The position numbers and the translations under genes were made by a program. Shown piece by piece: positions 1 to 9,284 of a DNA stretch of 64,000 nt; the stretch's first letter is position 1; each line of letters starts with the position of its first letter. The stretch covers positions 4,560 to 68,559 of the forward strand of contig JAPKZJ010000065.1 in the NCBI GenBank assembly GCA_026393855.1, in the 5' to 3' direction. The stretch comes from Candidatus Aminicenantes bacterium (GTDB lineage: Bacteria > Acidobacteriota > Aminicenantia > Aminicenantales > UBA4085). A model generated the notes under the pieces. That model was not told the DNA's origin. It was given only the letters and a program-made list of their open reading frames with translations, and made no database searches.

Positions 1-3000
1 GCCAGGAAGACGGGTTCTTCATCCGCCGCGCGCGGCCGCCGCCGAAAGAGAAGCATGTTCCCGTCCGGCCGGTATTCGCTCTCGATGAACAGATTGTTGA
101 AGGCCGGATGCCGGGCGTCCGCGGCTTGCGGGGCCAGGATGACTTCGCCGTAGCTCGTTAAGGCGATGTGCCGTACGCGATCGCCGTGATTGGTGAGGGA
201 CAGGCGGCGGATCTCGACATCGTCGTCCGGTGCGACGACGATCTCCATGGTCAAGCCGAGGCCGCGATCGGAGCGGCGAAACTCCGCCCGATGGGGGAAG
301 AACTGCACGGCCTGACTCTCCGGCGGGACGGCCGTGGGCTGATCGGCGGCCGACCAGACCTCGCCGCTCTCCAGGTCCCGCAGATAGATCCAGGAGCCGG
401 AGTCCTCCCGCGTCGTGTCGGAGCGCCAGCGGGTCAGGTCCAGGCCCTGCCAACGGCTAAAACCGCCGCCGGCGCTGGTGATCAACACGCCGTAGCGCCC
501 GTTCGACAGACAATGGACTTGGGGCGCGGGCGAATGGGCGGATACGCTCCAGGGCGCGGCTTCGACCTGCCGGCGCACGGGATCCAGCCGCACGGCGCGC
601 TGATCTTCGGACTGCACGGCCTCCAGGGGCGCGTCGCGGGGCACCCTCTCCTGCAGGAACAACTCGACGCTGCGAACGACCGGATCGGCGTGAAAGCGCC
701 GGACCATGACGTTGTCGTGGAGATGATTGACAAGGGCCACCAGGATCATTCCCTGGTGGTGCGCCATGTAGGATCGGACGACGGCCCGGGTTTCCCCCAA
801 GGGAAGTCGGGCGGCCGAAAAATCGACGGCCTCGTAGAATCCGTATGCGCCCCGCATCCGCATCTTGTCCAGGCGGGCGATGTTCTCCATAACCTTCCGC
901 GGACGCCATGACAGCGCGAGCAGGGAGGCGTAGGGGGCGACGACCAGATCCTCGGCCAGGTTCCGTTTAAACCCCAGGCCCGGCACGCCGAAGGTGCGAT
1001 ATTGATAGTTCAGATCCGCGTCGAAGGCGTAGTATCCGGATTCGGAGACGCCCCAGGGGACTTTCCGGCGGCGGCCGTATTCGATCTGTCCGTCGACGGC
1101 GGCCAGGCAGCTGCGTTGCAGGAAAGTCCCTTCGTAATGGCGGATGAGCAGGGCGGGCATCAGGTATTCGAACATCGTGCCCCCCCAGGATAACAACGCC
1201 CGCGCGCCGCCGATCCGGGTCAGGGGCCGGCCCAGGTGAAGCCAGTGACTCGGGGGGACTTCATTTCGGGCAATGGTGACGATACTGGCGATGCGGGCTT
1301 CGGAGGCCAACAGGTCGTAATAGTTGTTGTCCAGCTTTTCGGCCGGCACATTGTAGCCGATGTGAAACAATTGCCGCTGGGGGTCGAACAAAAAGCGGAA
1401 ATCCATGTCCCGGATGTGCCGTCCGGCCCGCTCGTCCAAGTCTTCGAAGCTGCGGATCAAGGCTGCGGCAGCCGACCCGGCCGACGGCAGATTCCGGGCC
1501 AGATTCTCGCACCATGCGAGGGCTTCGGGATCCCTGCCGATCCGGCTGCGCAGGCGCTCCAGGTTCGCCAACCCCGCAGCGCAAGCGGGCTCGATCTCCT
1601 CCAGCGCGGGCGCCGGCGGCCACGCGGCGGCCAAGGCCTGCCAGGCTTCGCGGATCGCGGCCGGCGCATCGGGGCGCGCGCACGCCGCGGGCGGGCGGCT
1701 CATCGCCGTCCGCCAAGGCGTCAACTGGTCGGCCTCGCGCTGGAGGCTGAACAAATGGCTATGGGTGCGATCAGCCGCTAGACTGAGCCTGTTCAGGGTC
1801 GCGGCGCTCAAGGATCCCGGGTCGGCGGCGATGAGCGTCAGCAAGGTTTGATTGATCCCGTTCCAGCCGTCGCCGAACAACCGATGCAACAACGCCGCGC
1901 GGCTCGCGGCATCATTCGGTGCGGTCCGGATGTGGAGCTTGAATCCGGCCAGCTTCGACCGAAGCGGCGCCCCGGCCTCCTCCGTCATTTCCCCGGCGGG
2001 CCCGTCGAAAAGGCTCAAGGTGTCGAGCAGCCCGTCCCAGTTGCGAGTCCGGCCGATCGGTTGCCGCCGCAGGGTTTGACAGCCCTGTTTCAGGGTCCGG
2101 AGACAGGCGATCAGGTTGCCGCTGTCGACCGTGGACACATAACGGGGCGGCAGCGGCTCGAGCGTGCGGGTCTCGTACCAGTTCAGGAAATGGCCGCGGT
2201 ATTTTTCGAGCCGGTCCAGGCTGTCGAAGGCCGCCTGCAAGCGGGCGGACAGGTCGCTCAAGCCGATGTAGCCCAAGTCATAGGCGGTCAGCGTCGACAG
2301 CAGGAGCATCCCCACGTTCGTGGGAGAGGTCGAGTGGGCGAGCCGACCGAGCGGCGCTTCCTGGAAGTGATCCGGAGGCAGCCAATGGTCCTCGGGGCCG
2401 ACGAACTGCTCGAAGAAGGACCAGGTCTGTCGGGCCAAGGCGCGGAGCCGCGCCGTGTCGCCGGCCGACAACGGGGCGGGAGCGTGATCGATCGGGCGGC
2501 CGATGAACCAGGCGATCAGCGGCGACAGGAGCCAGGCCAGCAAAACGGGCGAGGCCGGGGCCAGGGCGGCGGGATGGATCCCGAGAATGGCGCCGGCCGC
2601 GGCGGCGGTGGAGACGATCGCCGTCAGGACTTGCGAGACGGTCACGCCGCCCGAGGTGGCGCGGGCCATATCCGCATAGCTGGTCCATTGCAGAAGGTGC
2701 TTGCGCGTGACGAACATGCGGACGAGAGTGGTCGCGACCCCGCCGAGCGTAAGCAGGGTTTCGTAAAGGATGAAGGCCAGGGCCAGGACCCAGCGCATCA
2801 GGCCGACGCGCAAGGCCCGGAAGACCCGGGGCCAAGGGCTGCCGCGCAGGGCGCGCATCGAGCCGAGCAGGAAATCCGTGAACACGGGGACGGCCAGCGC
2901 CAACCCTCCGGCCAGGGTCCAACCCAGCGGCGAGCCGGGCAGTCCCAGCCAGCCGGCCAGAAACAGCGCCAACAGGGCCGGGGCCAGGAGGCTGCGGCGC

Positions 3001-5084
3001 AGATTGTCCAGGATCTTCCAGCGTCCGATGAGCGAGAGGTCGTTCGGGATGGTGCCCCGACCGACCGAGGGCACCCGAGGCAAGAGCCAAGGCAGAAGCT
3101 GCCAGTCGCCGCGAATCCAGCGGCGCGAGCGGCGCAGATAGACGAAGTAGTGCGGCGGGTAGTCTTCGTATAAGACGACGTCGGTAACCAGCCCGACCCG
3201 CCCGTGGAGGCCCTCGATCAAGTCGTGGCTGAGCAGGGCGTTTTCCGGCATTCGCCCCGCCAGGCTGCGTTCGAAGGCGTCGACCTCGTAGATGCCCTTG
3301 CCGACGTAGCTCCCTTCGCCGAAAAGGTCTTGATAGGCGTTGGAGGCGGCCCGGGAGTAGAGATCGAAGCCGACGTCGCCGGCGAAGATCCGGGTGAAGC
3401 GCGAGCGGTCGACGCTGGTGGAGGTGATCTCGATCCCGGGCTGGAGCAGCGTATAGCCGGCGCTGACGACGTTGCCGCCGGGGGCGAATTCGGCCCGATT
3501 GAGCGGATGCGCGAGCGCGGCGACCAATCGATGCGCGGCTTCCCGCGGCATCAGCGTATCGGCGTCCAGGGTGATCACGTACTTGATCCCGGGCAGGACG
3601 GCCAGGTCGCCCGTCTTCAGGCTGAAGGCCGTATCGGCTCCGCCGCGAAGCAGGCGGTTGAGCTGATGCAGCTTGCCGCGCTTGCGCTCCCAGCCCATCC
3701 AACGCTCTTCCTGGGGATTCCAACGCGAGTCGCGATGAAAGAGGTAGAACGGCGGCGACGACTCCCGGGGATACTTCCGGTTGAGCGCGGTGATGCCGTC
3801 GCTGGCTTGGGCCGCCAACGGCTCCCGGCCGGCCGGGGGGGGGAGCGGGGCGTCGGGCAGATCGGTGAGCAGCGCGAAATACAAGTGCGGGCCCTGGCTG
3901 CGCAAATAGTGCAGCTCGATCTGTTTGAGCAGGGACTTCACTTCGGCCGAGCTGGAGAGCAGGGAGGGGATCACCACCAAGGTTTTGGATCCCGCGGGAA
4001 TGTCGTCCTCGAAGTCCATTTTGGGCAGGACGCGCGGCGGCAGGGCCAGGGAGATGATCCAGTTCATCAGGCCGACCGAGACGGTCAGCGCCGGGATGAG
4101 CCCGAGAAGTCCGACGGCCAGGCTAGGCCAGAAATGGAGGCCGTCCGGGCTGGCATATAGGATAGCGCCGAGTCCGGCGACGAGAGCCATCGATCCGATG
4201 CCGCCGAGATAGATGGGTGTCGGATGATCCAAAATCCGGCGGCGGAGGCGGGTCCGCCAAGTCCCGCGATAGCCCAGCCGAGATTCGAGCTTAGCCCGAC
4301 CTTGGTCGATCAGATAATAGCCGACATGCGCGGTGCGCGGGGTCGCCGGCGGGGCCGGAGTCCGGGCCAGGTCGATCGCCTGCCGGGCCACTTCCGGTTC
4401 GTCCCGGCCGGTGGCGCGGGCCAGCTCCTCCACGACCTTGCGATAGCGGTCCCGCGTCTCCCGATCCATCCGGGCATAGACCTGCGCCGGATCGCCGCGC
4501 AGAACGCGTTCGACGCGGCTGAGGCTCTCAAAGAAGCTTCGCCAGTCGAGGGTTGCCAGCCGGCGCAGACTGGTGATGCAGTCGGAGACCGTTTCTTCGC
4601 CGGGCTCCGCCGGAGGCAAGACCAGCGTCGGCAGCGAGGCGTCGCGGGGGAGGCCGGTGAGGAGACAGATCCGTTGGGCCAAAAACTCGACCAGCCCGAG
4701 GCGGAGCATCACCGGCAGGGCCCACAATTCGCCCATGGCCAGGCCCGCGAGATCCTGATAGAGACGCACGAAGCGGGTCATGGACGCCAAGTCCAGCCGG
4801 GCCTTCTGCCGCACGATCAATTTTTGGGCCAGCGCATAGACCCGCGGGTAGCCCCGCAGCGGCCCGGCCGAACGGAGCGGCAGCTGGCGATAGAAGCGGG
4901 CCGGCATATCCTCCCGGATTTGGCGGCAGGTTTGCTGGATCAGATAAAAATTATCCGGCAGCCACTCCGCGGCTTCGGAACGCGATAAGGTTTGGGTCCG
5001 GGATTGCATCTGCCGCGTCGCTTGGCGAAAAAGGGCCTCTTGGGCTAGCAGAAAGCGGGGCAGGGGAAAGGCGGTCGGAGCCAT
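1..5084 (-). CDS. cyclic beta-1,2-glucan synthase-like multidomain enzyme (NdvB/ChvB/Cgs family: membrane glycosyltransferase plus GH94-type phosphorylase region); 3' end runs off the window
   Basis: Not in the ORF track because no stop lies inside the window. Hand translation of the minus strand from ATG (5084-5082) gives MAPTAFPLPRFLLAQEALF...DNFYLIQQ...GELWALPVMLRLGLVE. A GT region follows (YVITLDADTLMPREA, HDLIEGLHGRVGLVTDV, RRWIRGDWQLLPWL). Then come NWYETRTLEPLPPRYVSTVDSGNL, SWGGTMFEYLMPALL, WGVSESGYYAFD and SNGRYGVLITSAGGGFSRWQ. No listed minus-strand ORF uses this frame between 1 and 5084, consistent with one uninterrupted reading frame. Confidence 0.8.
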   Translation of the reverse strand, partial: MAPTAFPLPRFLLAQEALFRQATRQMQSRTQTLSRSEAAEWLPDNFYLIQQTCRQIREDMPARFYRQLPLRSAGPLRGYPRVYALAQKLIVRQKARLDLASMTRFVRLYQDLAGLAMGELWALPVMLRLGLVEFLAQRICLLTGLPRDASLPTLVLPPAEPGEETVSDCITSLRRLATLDWRSFFESLSRVERVLRGDPAQVYARMDRETRDRYRKVVEELARATGRDEPEVARQAIDLARTPAPPATPRTAHVGYYLIDQGRAKLESRLGYRGTWRTRLRRRILDHPTPIYLGGIGSMALVAGLGAILYASPDGLHFWPSLAVGLLGLIPALTVSVGLMNWIISLALPPRVLPKMDFEDDIPAGSKTLVVIPSLLSSSAEVKSLLKQIELHYLRSQGPHLYFALLTDLPDAPLPPPAGREPLAAQASDGITALNRKYPRESSPPFYLFHRDSRWNPQEERWMGWERKRGKLHQLNRLLRGGADTAFSLKTGDLAVLPGIKYVITLDADTLMPREAAHRLVAALAHPLNRAEFAPGGNVVSAGYTLLQPGIEITSTSVDRSRFTRIFAGDVGFDLYSRAASNAYQDLFGEGSYVGKGIYEVDAFERSLAGRMPENALLSHDLIEGLHGRVGLVTDVVLYEDYPPHYFVYLRRSRRWIRGDWQLLPWLLPRVPSVGRGTIPNDLSLIGRWKILDNLRRSLLAPALLALFLAGWLGLPGSPLGWTLAGGLALAVPVFTDFLLGSMRALRGSPWPRVFRALRVGLMRWVLALAFILYETLLTLGGVATTLVRMFVTRKHLLQWTSYADMARATSGGVTVSQVLTAIVSTAAAAGAILGIHPAALAPASPVLLAWLLSPLIAWFIGRPIDHAPAPLSAGDTARLRALARQTWSFFEQFVGPEDHWLPPDHFQEAPLGRLAHSTSPTNVGMLLLSTLTAYDLGYIGLSDLSARLQAAFDSLDRLEKYRGHFLNWYETRTLEPLPPRYVSTVDSGNLIACLRTLKQGCQTLRRQPIGRTRNWDGLLDTLSLFDGPAGEMTEEAGAPLRSKLAGFKLHIRTAPNDAASRAALLHRLFGDGWNGINQTLLTLIAADPGSLSAATLNRLSLAADRTHSHLFSLQREADQLTPWRTAMSRPPAACARPDAPAAIREAWQALAAAWPPAPALEEIEPACAAGLANLERLRSRIGRDPEALAWCENLARNLPSAGSAAAALIRSFEDLDERAGRHIRDMDFRFLFDPQRQLFHIGYNVPAEKLDNNYYDLLASEARIASIVTIARNEVPPSHWLHLGRPLTRIGGARALLSWGGTMFEYLMPALLIRHYEGTFLQRSCLAAVDGQIEYGRRRKVPWGVSESGYYAFDADLNYQYRTFGVPGLGFKRNLAEDLVVAPYASLLALSWRPRKVMENIARLDKMRMRGAYGFYEAVDFSAARLPLGETRAVVRSYMAHHQGMILVALVNHLHDNVMVRRFHADPVVRSVELFLQERVPRDAPLEAVQSEDQRAVRLDPVRRQVEAAPWSVSAHSPAPQVHCLSNGRYGVLITSAGGGFSRWQGLDLTRWRSDTTREDSGSWIYLRDLESGEVWSAADQPTAVPPESQAVQFFPHRAEFRRSDRGLGLTMEIVVAPDDDVEIRRLSLTNHGDRVRHIALTSYGEVILAPQAADARHPAFNNLFIESEYRPDGNMLLFRRRPRAADEEPVFL

Positions 5085-5087
5085 CGG

Positions 5088-6029
5088 CTAGGGCTTTCCG
5101 GAATCGCCGGCCGCTGCTTCGCCCGGGATGGACGAACGATCCTGGAGGATGATCAACGGAGTCGTGCCGTAGGCGATGAGATGGCTGATGACGTCGCCGT
5201 AGAGGCCCCGCGTTTCCCGGGACCGGCCATGCGCGCTGAGCAGGACCAGGTCCGCGCCTTCCTGTTCGACCAGTTCATGCAGCGTCGCCGAGAGGTGATC
5301 GCTGACCAGGACGCGTGTGGCAACCTCCCCGGCCAGCCGCGACCGCAGCTGATCGAGGTAGAGGGTTGCTTCGACCCGATTGCGCTCGATGAGCCGTTCG
5401 ACCAGCTCGACGTCCTCACGGCTCGGCAGCGTCCTTCGGGGAAGAGAGGGCTTTTGGACGATGTGGGCCAAAAGGATGTGTGCGCCGTGTGCCTGGGCCA
5501 GGGCGGCGGCCGCCGGCAGGATGGACTCGGCGCGTTGGGTGCCGTCCAAGGGCACGAGAAGGCGCTGATAGCGCAAACCGGTCACCTCTCCCACCGGCTC
5601 CTGGGCCGCCCGAACGATCATCACCGATGTCCGCGCCCGAAGGGTGATCTTCTGCCCACCGCTGCTCATGCCCCAGTCGCTCAAGCCGCTCTGGCCGTGG
5701 CTGCTCAAAATGATCAGCTTGGCCGCGCGGCTGTCCGAAAAGCCGACGACTTGTTCGGCCGCGGACCCTTCGAGAAGATGGGTTTCCGGCTGCAGGCCGG
5801 CGGCTTGCAGGCGCAAGTCCAGGCCGTGCAGATAGGTTTTGGCCTCGGCCTGGCGGACCTGCCAGGTGAGCGGGTCCATGGCCCGCCGCTGGCGCTCTTC
5901 GCGGGGCCTCTCCAAGACATGCAGAAGCATGACCCGGCCGTCGAAGGCGCGGGCGATGGCGACGGCGTGGGGCAGCACGCACTCGGCCAGAGGCGAACGG
6001 TCCAGCGGGAGGAGGATGCAATTGAACAT
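5088..6029 (-). CDS. tandem universal stress protein (two UspA domains)
   Basis: Two Usp repeats (MFNCILLPLDRSPLAECVLPHAVAIA...; YQRLLVPLDGTQRAESILPAAAALA...LLSAHGRS). Start moved to ATG 6029, which follows an AAAGGAAAG Shine-Dalgarno. The Arg/Pro-rich extension of the track ORF to 6146 looks non-coding. The stop lies 3 nt from the glucan synthase start. Confidence 0.75.
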   Translation of the reverse strand: MFNCILLPLDRSPLAECVLPHAVAIARAFDGRVMLLHVLERPREERQRRAMDPLTWQVRQAEAKTYLHGLDLRLQAAGLQPETHLLEGSAAEQVVGFSDSRAAKLIILSSHGQSGLSDWGMSSGGQKITLRARTSVMIVRAAQEPVGEVTGLRYQRLLVPLDGTQRAESILPAAAALAQAHGAHILLAHIVQKPSLPRRTLPSREDVELVERLIERNRVEATLYLDQLRSRLAGEVATRVLVSDHLSATLHELVEQEGADLVLLSAHGRSRETRGLYGDVISHLIAYGTTPLIILQDRSSIPGEAAAGDSGKP

Positions 6030-6093
6030 CGGGCTTTCCTTTCTTCGGTCATCCGGCCGCGGCCCGGCGGATCGGGGGGCGGGGCCGCCCCGT

Positions 6094-7587
6094 TTACCGT
6101 CCGGCCGGACCGACGGCCTTGAAATCAATGAAGCCGCGCTCGACATCGATCGCGATCAGTTCGACCCGAATCCGGTCGCCGACATCCAGTCCGCTGAACC
6201 CCTGAATGAGCTTGCCTTCGGCCGGGAGGGGAAGAAGCCGGACCCAGGTGCCTTTTTCGGAGGCTCCCGTAACCAGGGCTTCGAATCGTTCGTGAAGCCT
6301 CGGGGCGAGCAGGAGCGCGGCGGCGGATTTGTCGATCTGCCGCTCGACTTTGTCGGCCGCATCCTCCTGCTCAGTGCAGCGGCGGGCCAAGTCCTCCAGC
6401 TCCTCGAAGCGATAGGGCCAGGCGCCGCCCCGCAGGGCGGCTTTCAGCAGCCGCTGCGTGATCAAGTCGGGATAGCGGCGATTCGGGGCGGTCGAATGGG
6501 TATAGTCCTGGACTGCGAGCCCGAAGTGCCCCGCCGACGCGCCGCCGGGCCGCTCGGCCGTGTATTCGCCCGCGCCCAAGAGCTTGATCACCGCCAGGGA
6601 GAGGTCGGGGAATCGGAGCGGATCGGCGGCTTTTTCCCGAAGGAGAAACTCATCCAGGGCCTTTGGATCGGGGCCGGCCGGCAGCCGAAATCGGGCGGCG
6701 CCGGCGATCTTGACGATCCGGTCCCAACGCTTCGGCTCGCGAACGACGCGCCGGATGGACGGAAATTGCTTGGAGGCCAGAAAACGGGCGGTGACACCGT
6801 TGGCCGCGATCATGAAGTCCTCGATCAGGTCCGTGGCCCGATTCTTAGCGTCGATTTCGAGAGTCCGAAGCTGGTCGCCTTCAAAGACCGGTTTTGCCTT
6901 AATGGTTTCCAGGCTGAGCGCCCCGTGGACGTGCCGCAGATTTCTTAGCCGCCGCGCGGCCCGGTCCTGGAGGCGAAGATTCTCGGCCAGCCCGGCGACG
7001 GCGTCCACGGCATCCGGCGCGGGGGCCGTCCCTTCCAGCCAGGCGGCCAGGCGGCGGTAGGCCAGCTTGGCCCGGTTGCGGACGCGGGCTCGATAGACCT
7101 GCGAGTCCCCCACGGATCCGTCCGGGCCGATGACCATGTCGACGACCAGGGCGAGGCGATCGGCATCGGGGTTCAGGGAGGTGAGATCGTTGGACAGCTT
7201 CTCCGGCAGCATGGGGAATATCAGGGCCGCGGTGTAAACCGAGGTCGTATTGTGACGGGCGTGCTCGTCGATGGGGGAGCCGTTTTTGACCAGGCTGTCC
7301 ACATCGGCGACGGCGACAAGGACCCTGACTTCATCGCCCGGCAGGGCTTCGCCGACGGTCAGCTGATCCAGGTCGCGGGAGTCGTCATTGTCGATGGAGG
7401 CCCACAGGAGGGCCGTGAGGTCGCGGGCGTCATTGTCCGCTGCCGGCGGGAGGGGCTGAATCCGGCCAAGCTCGGCGAGCGCTTCGGGAGAGAAGTCGGG
7501 GAGCAAGCCCCGCTCGATCATCGCCCGCCGGGCCAAGCTCTGCAGGATGGCTCGATGTTGTCTTCCGTCGGAGGGCCTGGCGGTCAT
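6094..7587 (-). CDS. RNB-domain exoribonuclease (RNase II/R family) with C-terminal S1-like domain
   Basis: RNB motifs are present (DNDDSRDLDQ; HFGLAVQDYTHSTAPNRRYPDLITQR). C-terminal S1-like segment GTWVRLLPLPAEGKL...GDRIRVELIAIDVERGFIDF. Start ATG 7587 follows AAGGAG. The remaining 425 codons of the 922-aa track ORF (to 8862) are low-complexity and overlap a plus-strand gene. Confidence 0.8.
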   Translation of the reverse strand: MTARPSDGRQHRAILQSLARRAMIERGLLPDFSPEALAELGRIQPLPPAADNDARDLTALLWASIDNDDSRDLDQLTVGEALPGDEVRVLVAVADVDSLVKNGSPIDEHARHNTTSVYTAALIFPMLPEKLSNDLTSLNPDADRLALVVDMVIGPDGSVGDSQVYRARVRNRAKLAYRRLAAWLEGTAPAPDAVDAVAGLAENLRLQDRAARRLRNLRHVHGALSLETIKAKPVFEGDQLRTLEIDAKNRATDLIEDFMIAANGVTARFLASKQFPSIRRVVREPKRWDRIVKIAGAARFRLPAGPDPKALDEFLLREKAADPLRFPDLSLAVIKLLGAGEYTAERPGGASAGHFGLAVQDYTHSTAPNRRYPDLITQRLLKAALRGGAWPYRFEELEDLARRCTEQEDAADKVERQIDKSAAALLLAPRLHERFEALVTGASEKGTWVRLLPLPAEGKLIQGFSGLDVGDRIRVELIAIDVERGFIDFKAVGPAGR

Positions 7588-7995
7588 GCGACGACTCCTT
7601 ATTCCGGCTTTCGAGCTCAGGCGCCTTTCCGCAAGCGGACAGGAGCCAGGGATTCGGAAGAATCCATTCCTCCTAAAGCGATTTTCATGCCAAGTCCGGG
7701 CCCCCGAAACGGAAAGCCGAATACCCTTATCCCCATATATTCCCCGGTCGAATCGGCGCAAGGTGCGGGATTCAATCCGGACGCTTATCCTGTCCGGCAG
7801 GATGATTTCTATTAAAAGTGGAATCTGGAGTCTCCGGCCGAGGCCAGAGAAGACACCGGTCCCGAGCCCGTTTTGCCCTGATGGACTGCGATTTCCGGGG
7901 AGCATTGCCGGTCCCGGATCATGGCCGCGAAAAAGAAAGGCCGCAAGCGATATGGCACGCATATTGCATTTAGCGTTGCTAGGAGGAGAACAACT

Positions 7996-9252
7996 ATGAA
8001 AAAATCTTTTTGGATCATTTCCGCGGTTCTCGTCATGGCGGCGAGTTCCGCCGCCTATCTCGTCTCGCCGGCCGGCGGCCCTCTTCCGAACGGGGGAAGC
8101 GCCATCGCCCCCGGTGGGGCGCAGTATTCCAACCGTCCGCAAGAATACGGCCGGTATGAAGACAATTCCTATTTCTATGATCGCCTGTCCGCCTACGGAG
8201 ATTGGATCGATCTCAACCCGTACGGCTATGTTTGGATTCCCCGGCACATGGGCTATCGTTGGCGGCCCTACAGCTACGGCCGTTGGGTCTGGTCCGATTA
8301 CGGCTGGACTTGGCTCGCCGACGAGGAATGGGGGGATATCCCTTTCCATTACGGACGCTGGGGTTGGGATGAGGAGATCGGCTGGTTCTGGGTGCCCGAC
8401 ACGGTCTGGGGGCCGGCCTGGGTGACCTGGAGATCCAACGATCAATACATGGGCTGGGCGCCTCTCCCGCCCGGCTTCGAATTCCGGGTGGGCATGAGAT
8501 CCGTCTCTCTTGCCATCCGCATCCCCCTCAATTTCTGGGTCTTTATCCAAGGATCGCATTTCCAGGATTCGAACCTCAACGGCTATCTGCTGCCGTATGA
8601 ACGCAACCAGACGATCGTCAATTACACGACTCTCCGCAACAACCTGTACACGCGCAACGACCGGATCGTAAACGAGGGCTTCGGGCTCGATGAGGTCCGT
8701 CGCATCACCGGGCGGGCCGTCCCCACTTACAGCCTGCAGGACGTCCAGCAGCCCGGACGCATGAGGGTCGCCGGCCAAGCTGTCCAGATCTACCGTCCGA
8801 CCATCCGGGCCAATAAGGCCGCTAAACCAAAAGTATTTTTGAACACGAACCAGGCCCGGCAAGAGCTGGCCCCGGCCAAAGTCTTCGACCCTCGCGGCCG
8901 GCAGACCGCCTCGACCGAGGCCGCGGCCGTTCAGAAACGCCAGGCCGATGAAAAGAGGATCTTAGAGGCGACCCAGGCGCAGGAGATTCAAAGCCTGCAG
9001 CTGAAGCGCGACCAGGAGGCCAAGCGGGTCAACAACGCCTCGGCCAGAGCCAAGGTGACGAAAGAATACGAGGTCAAGATCACCGATTTGAAGAAGAACC
9101 ACGTGGTCGAGACCGAGCAGATCACGGTCCGGCACAAGAACGACACCGAGCAGGTCAAGAAGGTCGCTCAGGGCAGGAACGCCGTTCAGGCCAAGTCCGC
9201 TCCGCCGGACAGGAAGGCCGCCCCGCCGGATAAAAAGAAAAGGATCGATTAA
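7996..9252 (+). CDS. secreted Trp/Tyr/Gly-rich repeat protein (DUF6600-like) with Lys/Gln-rich coiled-coil tail
   Basis: AGGAGG lies 9 nt upstream of ATG 7996. Signal-like N-terminus MKKSFWIISAVLVMAASSAAY. Repeats of the type YGYVWIPRHMGYRWRPYSYGRWVWSDYGWTWL...HYGRWGWDEEIGWFWVPDTVWGPAWVTW. The family assignment is from memory only. Confidence 0.6.
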   Translation: MKKSFWIISAVLVMAASSAAYLVSPAGGPLPNGGSAIAPGGAQYSNRPQEYGRYEDNSYFYDRLSAYGDWIDLNPYGYVWIPRHMGYRWRPYSYGRWVWSDYGWTWLADEEWGDIPFHYGRWGWDEEIGWFWVPDTVWGPAWVTWRSNDQYMGWAPLPPGFEFRVGMRSVSLAIRIPLNFWVFIQGSHFQDSNLNGYLLPYERNQTIVNYTTLRNNLYTRNDRIVNEGFGLDEVRRITGRAVPTYSLQDVQQPGRMRVAGQAVQIYRPTIRANKAAKPKVFLNTNQARQELAPAKVFDPRGRQTASTEAAAVQKRQADEKRILEATQAQEIQSLQLKRDQEAKRVNNASARAKVTKEYEVKITDLKKNHVVETEQITVRHKNDTEQVKKVAQGRNAVQAKSAPPDRKAAPPDKKKRID

Positions 9253-9284
9253 CAGCCCGCGGGGATCGGAAGATCGGTGAGGAT

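Noticed and set aside
1848-3723. Long track ORFs 1848..3173 (+, 441 aa) and 2278..3723 (-, 481 aa)
   Set aside because: Extreme Arg/Gly/Pro/Gln bias and no recognisable motifs. Both overlap the coherent glucan-synthase frame (minus strand, codons phased from 5084). These are typical high-GC off-frame and antisense artefacts.
7692-7701. AAGTCCGGGC, reminiscent of the RNase P RNA P4 motif (GAGGAAAGUCCGGGC)
   Set aside because: The flanking sequence does not continue the RNase P consensus (no GAGGAA before it, no UCCAUAG after it). No ACAGAACCCGGCUUA-like 3' motif is present, so I treat this as a chance match.
7588-8862. N-terminal 425 codons of the 922-aa track ORF 6094..8862 (-)
   Set aside because: The RNase II homology begins at ATG 7587, which has an AAGGAG RBS. 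The upstream part is low-complexity and overlaps the plus-strand gene 7996..9252.
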